Position numbers and translations under genes: made by a program. Positions 49,271-64,000 of a stretch of DNA of 64,000 bases are shown in pieces. Source of the stretch: Raillietiella orientalis (taxonomy: Eukaryota); assembly GCA_036172245.1 (NCBI GenBank), contig JAYWIR010000040.1:310001-374000 (forward strand), read 5' to 3'. Below the pieces are notes generated by a model. It saw only the letters and a program-made list of their open reading frames with translations. It was not told where the DNA came from and searched no databases. The stretch's first letter is position 1. Every line of letters starts with the position of its first letter.

Positions 49271-52200
49271 CAAGGAAGTCATGAGTTCATGGCGAAATAA
49301 ACCAAATAGATAGTGATAATAATTATGGAATCGGAATTTGAAAAAGAGAAAACAGTGACAACTTTAAGGCAATCTGGTCATTTATATGAATTAATACATC
49401 AGGTGGCTTTCTAGACTACTTTACTCCTTTAGCTCTACCTTCAGTCTTATCACTCATTCTCTTGTAGGCAAGGATGAACGTTAATGCTCGTAAGAACTGT
49501 TTACTTTCTCGCCTGATCAGTGGGAGCGTTTAGATCCATAGTGATGCTATCACAAGGATGTACGGAAAGAGTGAAAGATGAGTTGGAAATGAGTGAGTGA
49601 AATGTGAGCATGCTGAAGGAAAATCACGTTATGCCACACCCATTAAGACTCGTCAACTCTAAGTTTATCATTTGCTTCATTGCATGACAAAAAGTATAGT
49701 GCTTCATATGGGGAATAATAAATCACTTAAGAATCATGAATTATTTACTATAGCTTCCAATCGTTGAAGTGAAAATCTTCGCCTTTGGTATGATAATAAA
49801 AAATTTAAGTGTGCTTAATTATTGTTTTGGTCTTTGCAATCAGAAATCTCGGTTCGACTTTATTATGTGAAATCCATGGATCGCTGATTGCTTCTTAGTG
49901 AAGATACGAATCGAGTAAAAGAAAGTGCTAAACAGGTACAGTTGTTATGTGTTTTCGGAGGAAGGAGAGTGAATGGAGATTTTTCCTTGAACCACCCTGA
50001 AAAAAAAGAAAGAAAGAAAGAAAAACAAGCAAACAAAAACAGAAGAAAAAGGGAATTTTCGTTCTTTTTAAGAAGAGCGAATCCATGATGCAACTGGAAT
50101 GGATAATGGAAGATAGCAAACTTCAGAAATAGACAACGACTCAAAAAACATTGCTGCCAAGTATTGCAAATGAGAGAGCAATTTGAAGTTTAGGGATACA
50201 TCCAGCCATATGCCATCAAAACTGAGTGGGTGAGTGGATAATAAAGTCACACATCCAAATTCTGATCCATTTCGCTGGCGCATGATGTAGGAAATCCATA
50301 ATGGATGTGTACAAATGTAAAAACGTATAGTTCAAGAGACCGAAAGTGGTGTTCATCGTGTGGTGTTCGATTTTTGCTCTTGCCGTATATGTGCCTATTG
50401 CTCTGATCGGATCATCATACTTATTTAGACTAAATTTGCTGATACTTATTTCGACGCAGTTAAATGCCTGAATCCTCAATTAAACAAACCACAAGGCACC
50501 TACTGGCTGTTACCGATAACTAACTTGAATGCCCTTGCAAACAAGAAAAACTGGGAAGGAGAAAATCTGATGCCTCTTGCCAACTTGCATTTTTTCTTCA
50601 CAGGTTTCTTTAGGATCCTCGAACTCGGTCTAGACGTTCAACTTCAGGTGTTTCAACGAAATCGATATCTTGTTTTAACGCAATCGCGGAATATTGAGGG
50701 CATGGTAATACATTACACAACGGCTATTGACTTTGATCATAAGAAGCAGCCCATTAACTGGTTTAACTTTCAATATTATTGACATTTGGTCCATTGGTTG
50801 CATTCAGTGCTGTTTATTCATTTTATAAGTCCGGAGTTCTTTATTGCTCCCAATTTTCTGAAGCTGAGCAGCAAAACTTGAAAAGTTTATGCTTTTCAGA
50901 TATTGCAATCTGATCGAAAAGTCGAATTTTATGTTCAGTAAATGTTGTTTTCCATTCCAGGAAAGGTAAAAAAAAAAAAAATCCTATAAACTCGTGAAAA
51001 TTGAAATCTCTCAATTGCATCTCTCAGCGTAGCATCAGCATTGGGATCACCGTGACTATTTGGAGATTTTCAGAGCATTTTCAGCGCATACGTTTATGTG
51101 CACATCAAGGTAACATGAGGTCACCTGTCTGCTGTGACCGCACCTTCTTTGTCTCCGCGTGTTTACAGGGCGCACTCTTCGCCGTTACCACTGAACCCCA
51201 AGTTGGAAAAGAGGATTCGTTTGCCTGGCTGAATCGTGGATTTTAACATTTAAGCATCGAGCGAAAGAAAACGAATCGAGGCAACAGCAGTCAGTGAAAA
51301 TTGAGAGAGAATAGCCGAACACTAAAAAACACATCGGAAAGTAGTTTTCAGGAAGTTGCTTCAGCCAACTACAAGAACAAGGATGCTCACAGAGGAATGG
51401 GAAATCTCATTTCACCAACTTTTCCCCGCAGCTGATGAGAGTTTCAAGCGAAAATGAGAGGAAACCCCATCACTCATACGGCAGAACCGCCTGAACCGCT
51501 CTTCTGAGAAGTTCCCTTTGATGTCCCTTTGAATCAACTTTGAACACCCCTTTACCTAACACTTAATGAAGTCCTGTAAAGGTTTCATTTCTTTTGGTGA
51601 ATTATTAAGACATGACTGTTATGTGAATTTGAAACGGTTTCATTTTTTTACGCAGAAGCTGACAGCAGTACTCAGAATTGGGTAAGCTGAGCTCTATGAC
51701 CGGTGAACACTGTTCTTGCTGTTATCAGCAGCCATCTCGGGACTGCGGAACACATGCCGCACGCTGCCTGCAGACAAAGATCAGCAGGCAAACATAAAAA
51801 TACGAGAACGTAGAACGCACTTTTCAATAGGAGAGCGTTAATGGTGAGCTGCTATAAAGTACTACTGAAGAAAAGAATATGAGCAATCACAATTTGGATG
51901 TCACAGTTAATTTCGATAGTAACGAGAGTATCATAGATAAACAGATTCCACCGCCTGAAAACTGTAATGGCTTGCTTGCACCTTTTTGGCTTCACACAGG
52001 CTCCTGAGCAGTATGCTAATGGTAATGTCCATCATGAACTTTTGTTCTACTGACTATCGATTTGTATCCCCCCCTCCCTTTTTTTTTCAATCACGTAATG
52101 AAAGGGTTATCAAAGGTTAATAAAACGCCTGAGGTAAAAAAAAAAAAAAAGGCATTATCAAACAAAGCGATAAAACGTTGTGTGCTGTCTGTTTTGTCAA

Positions 52201-55200
52201 GTGTCGTAATTATTTTTTTTGAAATGCTTTCCAAATGAATTATGCAACAAACAAAGAGCTTTTAGATGAAAAACAAGATGAATTCAATACATCGCCACTT
52301 TAAAAAACTAACACTACCAACTGATTCTGCGAAATAGACACGTCCCTTGCCAATTTAGGCTTTCAAAGCCAGCGGCGGCCCCTAGCACGTTAGAGGCTTC
52401 CCTTTTGGTGCAAACTGCATCGAGGACTCCTGCTAGGACTGTGCATTTTTGTTTCTTCCTAGATACCTTCCTAGATATTAGATAGGAAAAAATCTGCCTG
52501 CAAGCTGACATACAATGAAAGAAAGATTAAACATCAATCTGAAGGTATCGGTTAACTAAAAGCATCAGATCGAAGCAAACTTCCTTTTTTTTAAGAAAGA
52601 ATGTGTGCGTAAAATCCACCTGCAAGCATCCAGGATAACTTCTTGGAGACATTGCTGGTTCATATGCACCGGGAGCAACGAAACGCACACGCAACTGGTT
52701 GAATTGGTAACTTTCCACGAAAACGGAAACAGATTCCTGGGTGATAAGCAATCCTGGGAGAAGTGTTGGCTAGGGGCAGGGAAGCCGAATCCTTCCTGCA
52801 CCAGCTAGTGGATCGTGCTACATTCCGCGAAGTGTTAGAAGCTTCCGGGATGTCGTTTATGCCCCGAGTGGACAGCCCTAGGGATGTTCCGAAGCGCCTC
52901 TTGGAATGCAATAGCACTCGTCGCGGCGATCGCAGCCTTGCTGCTGCCTCTGACGCACGAAATGCTGCCGAAAGGGGACAGAACGATGGGAACGGCATAT
53001 TGACTCCGGTGACCTCCTTCCTGAGAATAACGGGATGCTCCCATCTGGTGGAATTGAAGGATCTGGCCAGCATCTTGTACATAATGCAGAGAACGCGCGG
53101 AACAACCTGTTCTCCCTCCCTCGAACACACGAATTGCTGCATTTTTTTATTTTCATTTCCCCCCCCCCCTCTCCCCTCCCCGGTGTTTACGGAGGGTCCT
53201 CTCTGGGTAGCCTGCTGGTTATCAGGAACGTCTCCAGGACGTTTTGGACTTTATTGGGACCTAGAATCCCACTTCGAATTACTTCTTCTGTGTTGTGAAT
53301 GTTTCGTTGGATTTTTTTCTCGCGTCCATAGAGGTTCCAGAGTTGCAAGGTGCAAAAAAAGACACACCCACAAACCCACACATAATAGGTGTTGCATAAC
53401 GGTTTCTTATATCCAAAAGTGTCGTCACGTTATCGCCAGATGTTGTAGTTGCACTTACGAGATACACTCAGTATTTACTCTTACGTTCCCATTGAGCTGC
53501 AAATCGCGACTGATGCACACATACGGGATTCAAGAGAATCCAAAGTTGCAATCGCAGTTCCAGAGAAAATTCCTGACTTCGCCGCCTCGGAAACCCTAAA
53601 CGAAAACCAGTTTCCCGCTACGGGAGTGATGATTGTACAGGTGGTTACTGTACACGAGTCTGTTGGCTTGGTTGGAGCAACAAACTCGAATGCGTGATAT
53701 CCACTCGAGTGTGTTTGAACTTTTCGATGAGAAGCAAAGAGCATGTTCCACATTCCCTCACTCTCAACTGCGCAGCAGATCAGAATCCTCGCACCCTGGT
53801 TTTGTCGGTTCCCAAAAAGAGTTCTGCAATCCCGTGTTCGGATTGATGAGAAGTTCCGAAGGAAGCTGGATGCAAATGCGATATGGACACTTGGGATCGA
53901 AACTGTTCCCCTATTCGGATGTACGGCATAATCAATCACTTGACGACCGGAGTTTCGAAGTCAAAGATCGAAATTCTCGTCAACTATGGAAATTACTTTC
54001 GTATGGAGTAAGCAAAACCTGGAAGGAATTTCCATGATTTGTGCGGCATACACATTTTCAGGAAACGAAAAAAGATCTCAGAATATCCACTGGATTGTCT
54101 GATTCGAAAATGAAACTATTTGCAGTGCACTACAATTGGGAATAAATTGCTAGAAAGAAGCGTGTATGTAGGAGTTGACTGCATTAACATAGCAAGCAGG
54201 AGCACAATGTAAAACACTCTTCCTAAAGCATCAGGTTTTGAAAAAAGTACCCCCATTTTGGTTCCCCCCCCCCCTTTTTTTTTTGTGGCATCCATGCATG
54301 TACAACACCTTTTCGGGCTACGAATTCGTGCAGAATTGGATACAAAAAAAGAAAAAAAATCCTCAAGGCAATGACTTTGGCTTGCGTACAACCAAACCAC
54401 AAGCGAACAGATGCGAACGCAGACACCCAGCATCGCGGCAAGAGCCCTGCTGAAAGAGCTATTGAAATTTTTCAAAACAGAAATCTGCACTTTTTCGACT
54501 GGACATGTAAGCGAATGAAAACTGCGAAGCGATACTATTATTATTATTATTATTTCCGCTTTGTGTTGCCCAAACCTCAACACAGCTGGAAAAGATGAGA
54601 AACAAGGAAGGACACTGAAAACAGGAATTTCCTGGTGGAAGAAAGGCACGCGGAGGTCCGAACACGGCGGTCCCTCTGCACGCTGGGCAGTGGCATCTGC
54701 CACGCGAGGAACGTCCGGCCGCTTGCGGGACGCAGCATTTCGCGTTGGTGACTTCACCAACGCATCCTTCTCCGTGCAATCTTTCCCTGCTTCTGTGCCG
54801 AGCTACGCATCTCGTGCGTGCATGCTGATCCGAGCGACGGAACGCCCCTCCAGAGATGCACTCCTGGCTTGTGAATTGCAGCACGCTTTCTGTTTGAGAT
54901 CGTTACTCCCTTTCCTCATTTGTAAATCCTCGTCTTTACTCAGCCATCTGCTTCCGGTGTGCTCCCTCTACCGTCTCTGAGGCACCACGCTATCCTTTAC
55001 AACTCGTAAAACCCGGCTGCAGAGAGCACATACTACACTGTTACCGTTCGTCCTTTTTTTAAAGACATCTGCTGCATTTTCAATAAATCTTTTTCATACA
55101 GCGGCCGCTCTAGACCTTTTGGTGCTCTTGGATCTACGCCACTGCAATGCCAGGGTTTCAGTCTTTATTACTAGGCCGTTCCAAAATGTCAGCATGCATA

Positions 55201-56670
55201 TTTGTCTTCATGAACACGCACATTTCTAGACAAGCAAATGATGATTATTTTAAACAACACTGATTCGAAAAGACTCATTAAGTTAATGATGGACTAATTC
55301 AAAGAAAACCAAGCGAGCTTTCCAAAAAATTCTGAACAAAAGAATCCTTAAAACACCAAATTTAGTAATATAAAGAACGGAAGCATAGTAACTAAGGTCC
55401 TCTTGGAGGATGATAAAGGGTCAATGTGCTTACCTTTCCTTTTCAGAATACTGATCTGCTTTTCTGTTGCTGGGCTCATTTTCAAATCGTGAAAAAATAA
55501 AAAAAAAAAGGTTCAAATGAAATAAGACTCTGTGGATCTACTCTGGGTTGTTTCTCAATCTTGAATGCTTCGTCTATCTTTCATACATATTCATGCCTTA
55601 GAAATCAATGTTTTTCTCATTGAGAAATGATGGCGCCAATAATATTCCTTTTTTAAAAAAAAAGAAAAAGAGAGAGAGAGAGAGAGTGAGAGAAAGAGAA
55701 TTCCAACTTTTGAACATCTCTCTAACTTAAGAGAAACCTCCCAGCATAATGAATCGTAGAAGGAACACATCCCAAAGAAGAAGATTTTCGGAATGCTGTT
55801 CAGAAGGACGATTAACGAATGGCACCATACGTTCTCCATGACGAATTTGCATTCGCTATCACAGTGGAGCTGTCGAGACTGCGGCCACGGCATGCCATAT
55901 GCTAATGGTTTACATCCAGCAGATACCACCTTCCAAGTCCACGATGATTTTCCCTCGGTTAAATCTTATCATCAAGCATCAGCTTCTTATCCTCACGCGA
56001 ATTGCGCTCTTGTCCAATTCGCGTGATCGCTCGCTGCACACTTGCCACACTTGAAGCACGGAGATGTGCTTCTCGACAGGATCCGAACTCGCGAATCCAA
56101 CGAGGAGGCGCACAGATTGAATCACCGCGTGTGTGCGCAGGAACTGCGCGGACTTATGCTGGCACCTCCAAGACCAAAGCAATGAAGAAACATTGCAGTA
56201 CAAAGGTTTGGCTTTCAAGTGAATGCATGTATTTACAGTGACAAGGAATGGACAATTCTCTCTGGCAGCTCGAAGGAACACAGTGCACGAGGAAAGAAGA
56301 TTTCTTGTGGTGCATCTTCAAACCCCGCACGATTTCAAGCACTGCCAGGTCCGTCGACTGCTGCCCCGCGGATGCTCCGATCAACTCCAATGGTTTTCTG
56401 GCTCAGCAGGTATGTCTTATCCAAAAGGAAAATCAAGACATTTCCTCATTCTATCTTGGCACTTATGGGGTCAAAGCAAATGACTCGTAGCTCGTCTCCA
56501 TAATCACAGACCAGACCACCTGTCACGGCGACAATATTGTTTATTGCTGTTTTCGCATCTCTCTGACCCAGCTTTAAATACCGGACGGGCTGAGCAGTTA
56601 TCACATCCCATAAAATAAGAGATCCCTGGAAGCGAAAAACACTGACGAAAATTGCGCACTGGATTCCAAT

Positions 56671-59600
56671 TTACTCACTCGAAACACACATATTGATTTC
56701 ACGCACGATTGCCGGTACGCAAACTAGCCTGCCAGTACACAGTACTTTACTTTTTCGTATATCAAACTGTGAAGGTAAGAGTGCAAATAAGAAAGAATCA
56801 TTGACTGAGCAAAGACGACAACAGGTAGCAAATTCATGGATGTCTTTCACTTTGCTTTTTCTCATTCTTTCTTATTTCTGTGTACTGAATCGCGACAAAG
56901 TACAAAGCTCGAACCGTAACGTTCCGTACTAGAAGGAAAGCCACAGTCAATCCGAAGGCATTCAAATCTTTGTAACCTGTTTGCTGGTTGCAAGAATGGT
57001 GCTGGAAAGCATCGTAATCGACACTGGAAACGAATAGTCCTATAAAATGGTGCACAGTGTTTTGAGATGATGCGTCAAGGAGATTCCTTACCAGGGAAAT
57101 AGAATTCAGCAAATGGCCGTGGCATCGTTCCCAGATACATATTCGGTTCGGGATTCCCAGACTAATGACATAACTTTCAGAATACGTCAGCAGCATAACG
57201 CAACCATCATGAGCGTGCACTGCATAAAGACAGGTTCCCGATTCCAGGTCCCAGGCGCAGAGAAGACCGTTTTGGGATCCACTGCCCATGAAAGATGTAT
57301 CTTGTTTGTCGAGAAACATGCTGGAGATAGGGCTGCGATGACCATGGAGTATAGCAGATCGAGACCCATCTAACCTATGCAACTAGTGGAAGAGTTCTGT
57401 GAGTGTATAACTTCGCATGGATGTCCATTAGCTGATTGTCCATTTCAGGGATGCAGCCGACTTAATAAACCGAGCTCGCATGTCCGCGTATTCACGTAAC
57501 CAAATGACTCTGACAAGGTGGTAAACAGGGAAGAACGGTGACAACTCTTCCACATTGCCTTCGCCATTCTTCTACGTAATTTCGAGATAATAGGTTTCAA
57601 ATTTTTCCCTATCTAGTTACAGGGAACGCAAACTTAAGACCAAGCGACCGCTTGGGAAACCCTACTGATACTCAGAAAGGATGATCCGTGTTAGGACTCG
57701 CTTAGGTGAGGCATAATGGAAAGCACAGCATTTTCAAACTTAGGCGTCGTTTGATGGAGAGGCATATCTGATATGCCCAATTGATTTGCATAAACAATTA
57801 CTAATTAGCGAGAAATGAATTCAAGAATCATTTTTTTTTTTTTTTTTGGCTTTCCGTCGGTGGATGTTTCACACACCCCGCCCCCATCTTTTCTACACTG
57901 ATTCTCAGAGTAAGCTGGAAGTCAGTATATAAAAAGTTATGGAGCATTCAGACATCATGACAGAAACTTGACGTCAATGCACTTCAATTAGAATTCATGA
58001 CCTGATACGTAACTCGACATCTGAAAGGCAAAAGCCAAAAAAAGATGCACGAATGTAAGCAAGTTCAAAAGAATCAAACGAAAACACAGACTGATGGTAT
58101 CCAAAACACACTGAGCAGATACCGGGTTGAAACACACACATCAAAAACACAATGTGATCAGAAGAGAAAAATTTCACAGTCAGTTGTCGTAGCAAACTCG
58201 AATACAAATTGTGGAAACAAAAACAAAAGAGATAGTCAGCAAAAGGATCTTATTGCTTAATTAACGAAACCATCAAACATCACGTATCCAGCTTGATTTC
58301 TACCTCCAGCTAGCAAATTTGGGGAGGTCGCCGAAAATGAACGCTTTTTTTGCCTAAAGAGCCTCGAACGCATCAAATGTAGCAAAAAAAAAAAAAAAAG
58401 AATGACAATCAAACTGCAAGATTACAGGCAAAACACAGACAACACAAAAAATCCGATTAACCAATTTAAGCTGCAGATGGCTCTTCCAAAGCTACAGTCT
58501 CCAAAGATCTCACTCTAGAAGAATCGGACAGATAGGCGTCAACTCAAGTCGATGAAATCCAGGACACATACCAATTAAGTAAGCAGAAAGAAAGAGAGGA
58601 AAATAAGATCATGAACTTTCGGTCCCATTTCTTCTTCTGCCACCACAATCGAGGATGGAAATCATTACTTGATAAATGGTGCAGTGCGTGATCCCAACAG
58701 GAGATACGCATCAAGGGGCTTACTCATGAGATTTGCGGAATCAATGACTGTACACATGCGTTGATGATCGCAGTGAGTAATTGATAAAGCATTATCAAAA
58801 TCATTTACGTATAATCGAAGCAAAAGATTGCTAATTACACGGGAAAGGAAAAGGATTGTCTCCAGTTTTTTCAGAAGTCTTGCAAATGATAACCGTTCCG
58901 CTGCCTTCGACAGTCACGAAAAGCTACTTTTTCCCCACATCCAAGCGTCTTAAGTATGCCAAATTTACATCGAACTAATGATTTTTGCGCCGCTAGAAGA
59001 TTTCGTCTTGCATCAAGGAGCAAGAGGAAATTTTCAAAAAGAAATAAAAAATAAAAAAAAAACTGTGGTTTTTTTGCTTACAAATAACGTATGAAAACCC
59101 GAACTTTTAGATTATAAGCGTATCTCGTAGTTTTGGTAGCTCCTTCCTTGTGAAACTTTATGTTCCATTCATTCAGCGGGCTTTCAAATGACAATTTATA
59201 AAGCACAAAGAGGAAGTACTACATTCAAAAATCAAATTCAGAAATGGTCTCACTTGGATTGTGTGATCCTGGCTTCCTGTCACTATGTGATCGCCTTCAA
59301 AGGCCAAGACTGTTATTGGCTGGAAATGAGCCTCCCTGCTCCACAGCTTGTTGACAACGTGTACGTACACCTCGTTGTTTTCTTCGACAGGAAAAAAAAC
59401 AAAACTACAGTGAAACACTGCTCACGGGCACATACACTACACATACACACACTCACAAGTACACAGTTTGGGATGTCCGAAACACTTCAATCACACTGAA
59501 TCAAGGAAAAAAGCAACAAGGCAACACCAAAAACGGAAATACCAACTGGTAAATTTATCCCACCACAAAAAAAAAGGGGGGGGGGGATTTTTTGTTTAGG

Positions 59601-59882
59601 TCTCTTTAGCACCTACGAAAAAATCTTTGTTTAGCAGGGGTAGCTATCATCAGTACTCTTTTGATCAGCAGGGATCAAACAAAACATGAGAACAGAAACA
59701 TTGAAAAATATAAAAATTGCACTCTGATCGTGCTTTGGTCGATTACCTTCTGCCTGAAGACACCGTAGAATCCTGAAGAATTCAATACTGCCATTTAATC
59801 TCACCGAGACAATCACTTCGTTCTTCTTACGCAGAGCAATGATTCCATTCGAAACTTCAGGAGCACAATCTTCATTGATACC
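56671..59882 (-). CDS. SCAP: SREBP cleavage-activating protein-like, C-terminal WD40 exons (partial gene)
   Basis: Exons about 59882-59747 (EVSNGIIAL..IVSVRLNGSIEFF), 59381-59254 (AHFQPITVL..IVTGSQDHTIQ) and 57382-57092 (LHGHRSPISSMFLD..SGSQNG.LCAWDL..AHDG.V..L..VISLG..ICIWER) follow the SCAP WD40 motif order. The last exon (about 56850-56671) and upstream exons are uncertain. Confidence 0.8.
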
Positions 59883-62800
59883 CTAAAAGGTACACACCTA
59901 TTAGAATACGAAATCATGCAAAGCACGAGATACATGCTTCATTCTTTCGCTTCTTGGAAACTTTGGTTCAAGCAGCCGTGAAGCAAATCTGAATCCCTCA
60001 GGAGAACATTACGGTACTGCTTTCATGGATATTTTCGAATCACGAAATATTGTCGACAAATTAACCCGTGGACATTCTGTTCGATCGCTATTTCAATTTT
60101 CCAGCGAACGTCTGCATGGGAAATCAATTACAGTTGCCTCCGTGCCATTAGGCTCCTCAGTCTATGTACTGCACTTCCTATCATTCTGGAGTTTATTGCT
60201 TGCTCCTCCGTTGGATCCCGCGTGATTCGGAAAGCAGTTCTGCATTGGCAGCTTGTATATAGACATTCAAGTCGTTACGTGGGGGGGCACTCTCTACGGT
60301 TCCATGAAGCATTAGAGCGCCAAAGAAAAGAACTCTCCAAAGGCAACCTTGAACACTGAGTGAGGCGAGAAAAACGGAAGCGTGAGACGATGCTTCACAA
60401 CCCTCCCACCATTCTCAACAAGAAAAGCCAATTCAGCTTCCAGGGTACAGAGACACATCCTGTAGGTTGCGAGAGGACGTTACACATTCCGCTCAAAGCT
60501 AATCCCGGTCAGAAAAATTCTTGCAAAGTCATCTTCACGTACTTTTCCGCTGAGTTTCCGGGGGTAACAGCGGAACTGCGAAGAGCGCAATAGATGAATG
60601 TGTTTTGTGCACTAGTGTCCAGCCACTGAAACGGAATCAACCGTTGTCCGATCACACAGAATTCGGTCGAGCACTCTGCACGAAACACTTGAAACTATCT
60701 GATACCCCTCAGCATAATTAAGCACAATCGTTTTTCCATTTTCATTTTTTGAAAGCCTAAAGAACCTTCGCGCTCTTCCAAGGTTTGTTCTTTTCACCCC
60801 GCGATACCCCTCTTCCTCATGGAGCACATTTTCAATCCGAAAATTCAAACTCCGTCCCACAGTGGGCTCGGCAATACGTCGAAAAAATCGAAGGAATTTG
60901 TTTTTGTTACTCCTCTGAAGCTCCTTTTTCGGAAACCATGCAACTGACGGACAGAGCAGAACGAGACTCGCAATCTGACGGTGTTGAGAGGGAAACACAA
61001 AATGAATTTTCAGAGCTTTACAAGCGAAGAATCTCAACCATTTGGACACGTAAGTAACTGTGAAGAATTTATACGGGCACGACAACTGGGAGCGAACGCT
61101 TCTATCGTGCTAAGAGCGATCCGAGTTGCAAAAAAAAAATATATGTAGGACATCGCCAAATGGCTGCTCCATGGCGATCAAAAGCATGAAATTGGCCCAG
61201 AAACGACAGAAAACCGGTCCAGAGGAGACACAGAAACACCACAGACGAATGCACTTTTATTCATGAAACGACGAAAGGATGGAACCGATCACGCTGTTGT
61301 AATCATGCAATCGAAGCAAAATGGCTATTGAACGACTGATTAAAGCAAACTGAAGAAAGGTATCGAACTTAGCCTGGAGGAAAAGAGATCAGATTTTGAT
61401 CTGAAGTTGGAAGGGCACTTTCTTGTAATGAGCAAAACACCTAATTTGACCTGCGATATCAAACATTACAAAGCCTTCAAAGTAGAAAGTTGCGAAGACT
61501 CAACCAACACTGGAATGCCCTCCCCCCCCCCTCTCCAAAAGTTGAAACTTCACCTGATCTACTATCAAAGTAAATCAATGATAATGAAAGTACGAAACCG
61601 AATTCTGTATCTGAATTCGTTTAGCAATTCCACATCCTCCAACACACCATACCAAAGTCTGCAAATAGGAACCATACATGCATCACAAAATCCTTCGGTC
61701 GAAAGTATTAATATTTTATACTCAATCAGTACCTGTTGGAGAGCACACAGACTTTCCATCAGAACTCGATAAAATTCGAGCATAGATTTTCGCTAGAAGT
61801 TCCTTCTAGACAGGTGCTTAAGCACTTGGGTTTCGCGGTAAGTGCACACCTGGGTTTCGAACAGATCTAGAGAAGAGCCGAAGCCTCCTTACAGCCATCG
61901 AATGCCAAGTGCTGGTCCGTCAGAGGGAAATTGTAAGACGCACTAAAACACCCATATGATTTGCTACTCCCTCCAACGTTGTCACACACGAAAATATGTA
62001 ACTTATAAAAGTGCTTCAACCACGCACTCGGTGTCTTCAGGAAACGTATCAGAAAGTTTTGTAACAAAACTCCAAATCATTGCAGCCGATTTAGATTTTG
62101 CAAAATTTGGACGAACGTTTTTTTGGGTGGCTGTTACGCAACCAAAGGCAAGCGAGGACAAACGAGTTGCAATCTGAAGTCTCCGTTCTCCGACTTCAAG
62201 AAAATTACGAGAGCGGCGATCAACACCGTCTTCGCACAACACATGGAATATGCGAAAGGAACGAACGCCCTCACTGCCCTGTGACAACAGAAACTTCCGT
62301 GAATACTAAAGTGCGTGTTGCAGGAGAGAACAAGGAAAAATAAATTACTACCAGTGAAGCAGAAACCCCTTTTGTGCTTTCTCCAGAGGAAACCGGTCAC
62401 CAAAGCTTGTTCTTCTGAGAATAAACCTCCCTGACGAAGAAGAACGTGTCTGAGGGTAGCACTCTTTGATGACATCGGCAAAGGATGATCACGTTGAAAA
62501 CGACCGAGACACGTTAGCTAAGCCGACATGTTAAGGTAACCATTCCTCGGGAGATGAAAAATCGTAGAAGATCTGCCAACTTAGTTTCTATAAGAAACTT
62601 CCAGACGACTTCAAAAAAAAAAAAAAGATTCCTTCCTCACATGATATGACGCCCAGTGATGCACTGGTTGGATTACCAAGAAGTGTGAGGGATACTGATC
62701 GAACACCCAGGAAAACTGTACGAAACTACAATAAAATGCAAGGATTAAAAAAGAAGAAGAAACCAATAACATTAGAGCACACAAATCAAGCTGTGGCTAT

Positions 62801-64000
62801 TCACTCAGGTAGGACTACTGGTTTCCCAAAAATGACACCAAAGAGAAGGAAACACCGCTTAACAGAGCACATTTGGACGCATTCGGACGAATCTTACAAG
62901 AAATCAGCTTCAAACATCAGACGCCTCAGCGAATTAGCACGCGAAGAACAATTTTTGCATTTATCCCCCTGCATTTAGGTGAACCCTTCCTCCTCCCCTT
63001 ATTTTCAGTCCAGATTTAGCATTCGAAATTAGGAAGGTTTTCGAGAGTCACTTTGCTTCTTATGACGTACACTCCTTTTCTATGGCCTCTCCGACATTTA
63101 CTGCTTCTTCTAAGTCCTTCGAGAGCATCTCTAACGCACAGAGCAATCTACAGGAAAAAAGCAAATAACCTCACTGCACTTGTCTCCATAGCCGAGAGCC
63201 TGCTAGAGTAGATTCGATCCACTGAGGGCCCTAGCAATGCAGCCACCTAATAAGCAGTTTCTTTCACAGATCATTTCTAAATTTCTAAGTGACCCCTTTC
63301 GCGACAAAGTTCGGCCAGGACACCGGCTCCGCATAGTGCTAAGAAGCAATGAGACTTGGTCGAGCAAGGAAACACCGGGCACGTTCTTTTGCATAACCTC
63401 GAATGAGACCGCAACAGAACTGCACACTCGCGCTCGCAACATTTTCCTGAATTCAAAAGCAGAACCGATGATGGAGAAATGTCACGAAGCGAATGCTTAA
63501 GAACAATTAGCAACTAAATTCAGATCCCGGTGGTGGCAGCAGCATAACTTTCTTTGATGTTTTCCTTTGGGACAGTGGTTTTTCGGATAGAGAGGGAAGG
63601 GAAACCAGAAAAAGGAGGAGGCAAAGGAATGATAAGGGTGATTGCAAGAACAGAAGGAAAGGTGAATGGACTTCATTGTGAACAGTGTGATTGTACTTCA
63701 GTGGGAAGGCGCAGTGAAGGGAAAGGAAAGATCAGATCTTCCGCATCACGAGAAATCATCCGAGTTACGCCACTAGGGCTGCTTTCTGTTATCCACCTAC
63801 AATTACGAGAGGTACTATTCCATTCACGAACATGAAAACCGTTTTCGTATTCGTGAAAGCCTGAGGACAAGCAGTCGTCCAGGAGCGGCGTGAGAAAACG
63901 GTTTGAGGAGAAACCTGGACTACTTCTTTCCTGAAAACAACAGCAAACCACGTGTTTTTCGTCATGGGCACCGACGTCGGCACAAATGCATCACACCCGA

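Noticed and set aside
52763..54980. ORFs of 130-278 aa in the host region
   Set aside because: They cross homopolymer and microsatellite runs, and have no domains or coherent splice pattern.
63673..63930. Possible upstream SCAP exon after ttttcag on the minus strand
   Set aside because: Open frame, but no recognisable SCAP motif or clear donor site.

Overview
Eukaryotic (animal, probably invertebrate) genomic DNA in three compartments. (1) Positions 1-~30,400 are a GC-richer, spacer-free mosaic of decayed non-LTR retrotransposons: at least two Tx1/L1-like families (zinc-knuckle ORF1, APE-RT ORF2) and a NeSL/Utopia-like RLE element. Interleaved with them are four endogenised, mutually diverged copies of one CRESS-DNA (circular ssDNA) virus lineage. 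The virus can be rebuilt as an ambisense genome of about 2.4 kb: a TAGTATTAC stem-loop origin on the cap strand, a spliced Rep (46-47-nt intron) with a nanovirus/alphasatellite-like SF3 helicase, and an Arg-rich capsid. The junctions are informative. One viral copy starts exactly at the Rep nick site and is fused to the 5' end of a retrotransposon. One sits inside a retrotransposon between 10-bp target-site duplications. One is itself split by the RLE element. This points to retrotransposon-assisted, repeated capture of a DNA virus at one locus (inference). (2) Positions ~30,500-45,600 are AT-rich host DNA with a complete 6-exon NTPDase (ENTPD4/7-like) gene on the minus strand. (3) A second small pile of Tx1-like 3' ends (~46,400-49,300) is followed by host DNA with WD40 exons of a SCAP-like gene on the minus strand. 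All family calls come from motif recognition by eye; no searches were run, and most element boundaries are approximate.
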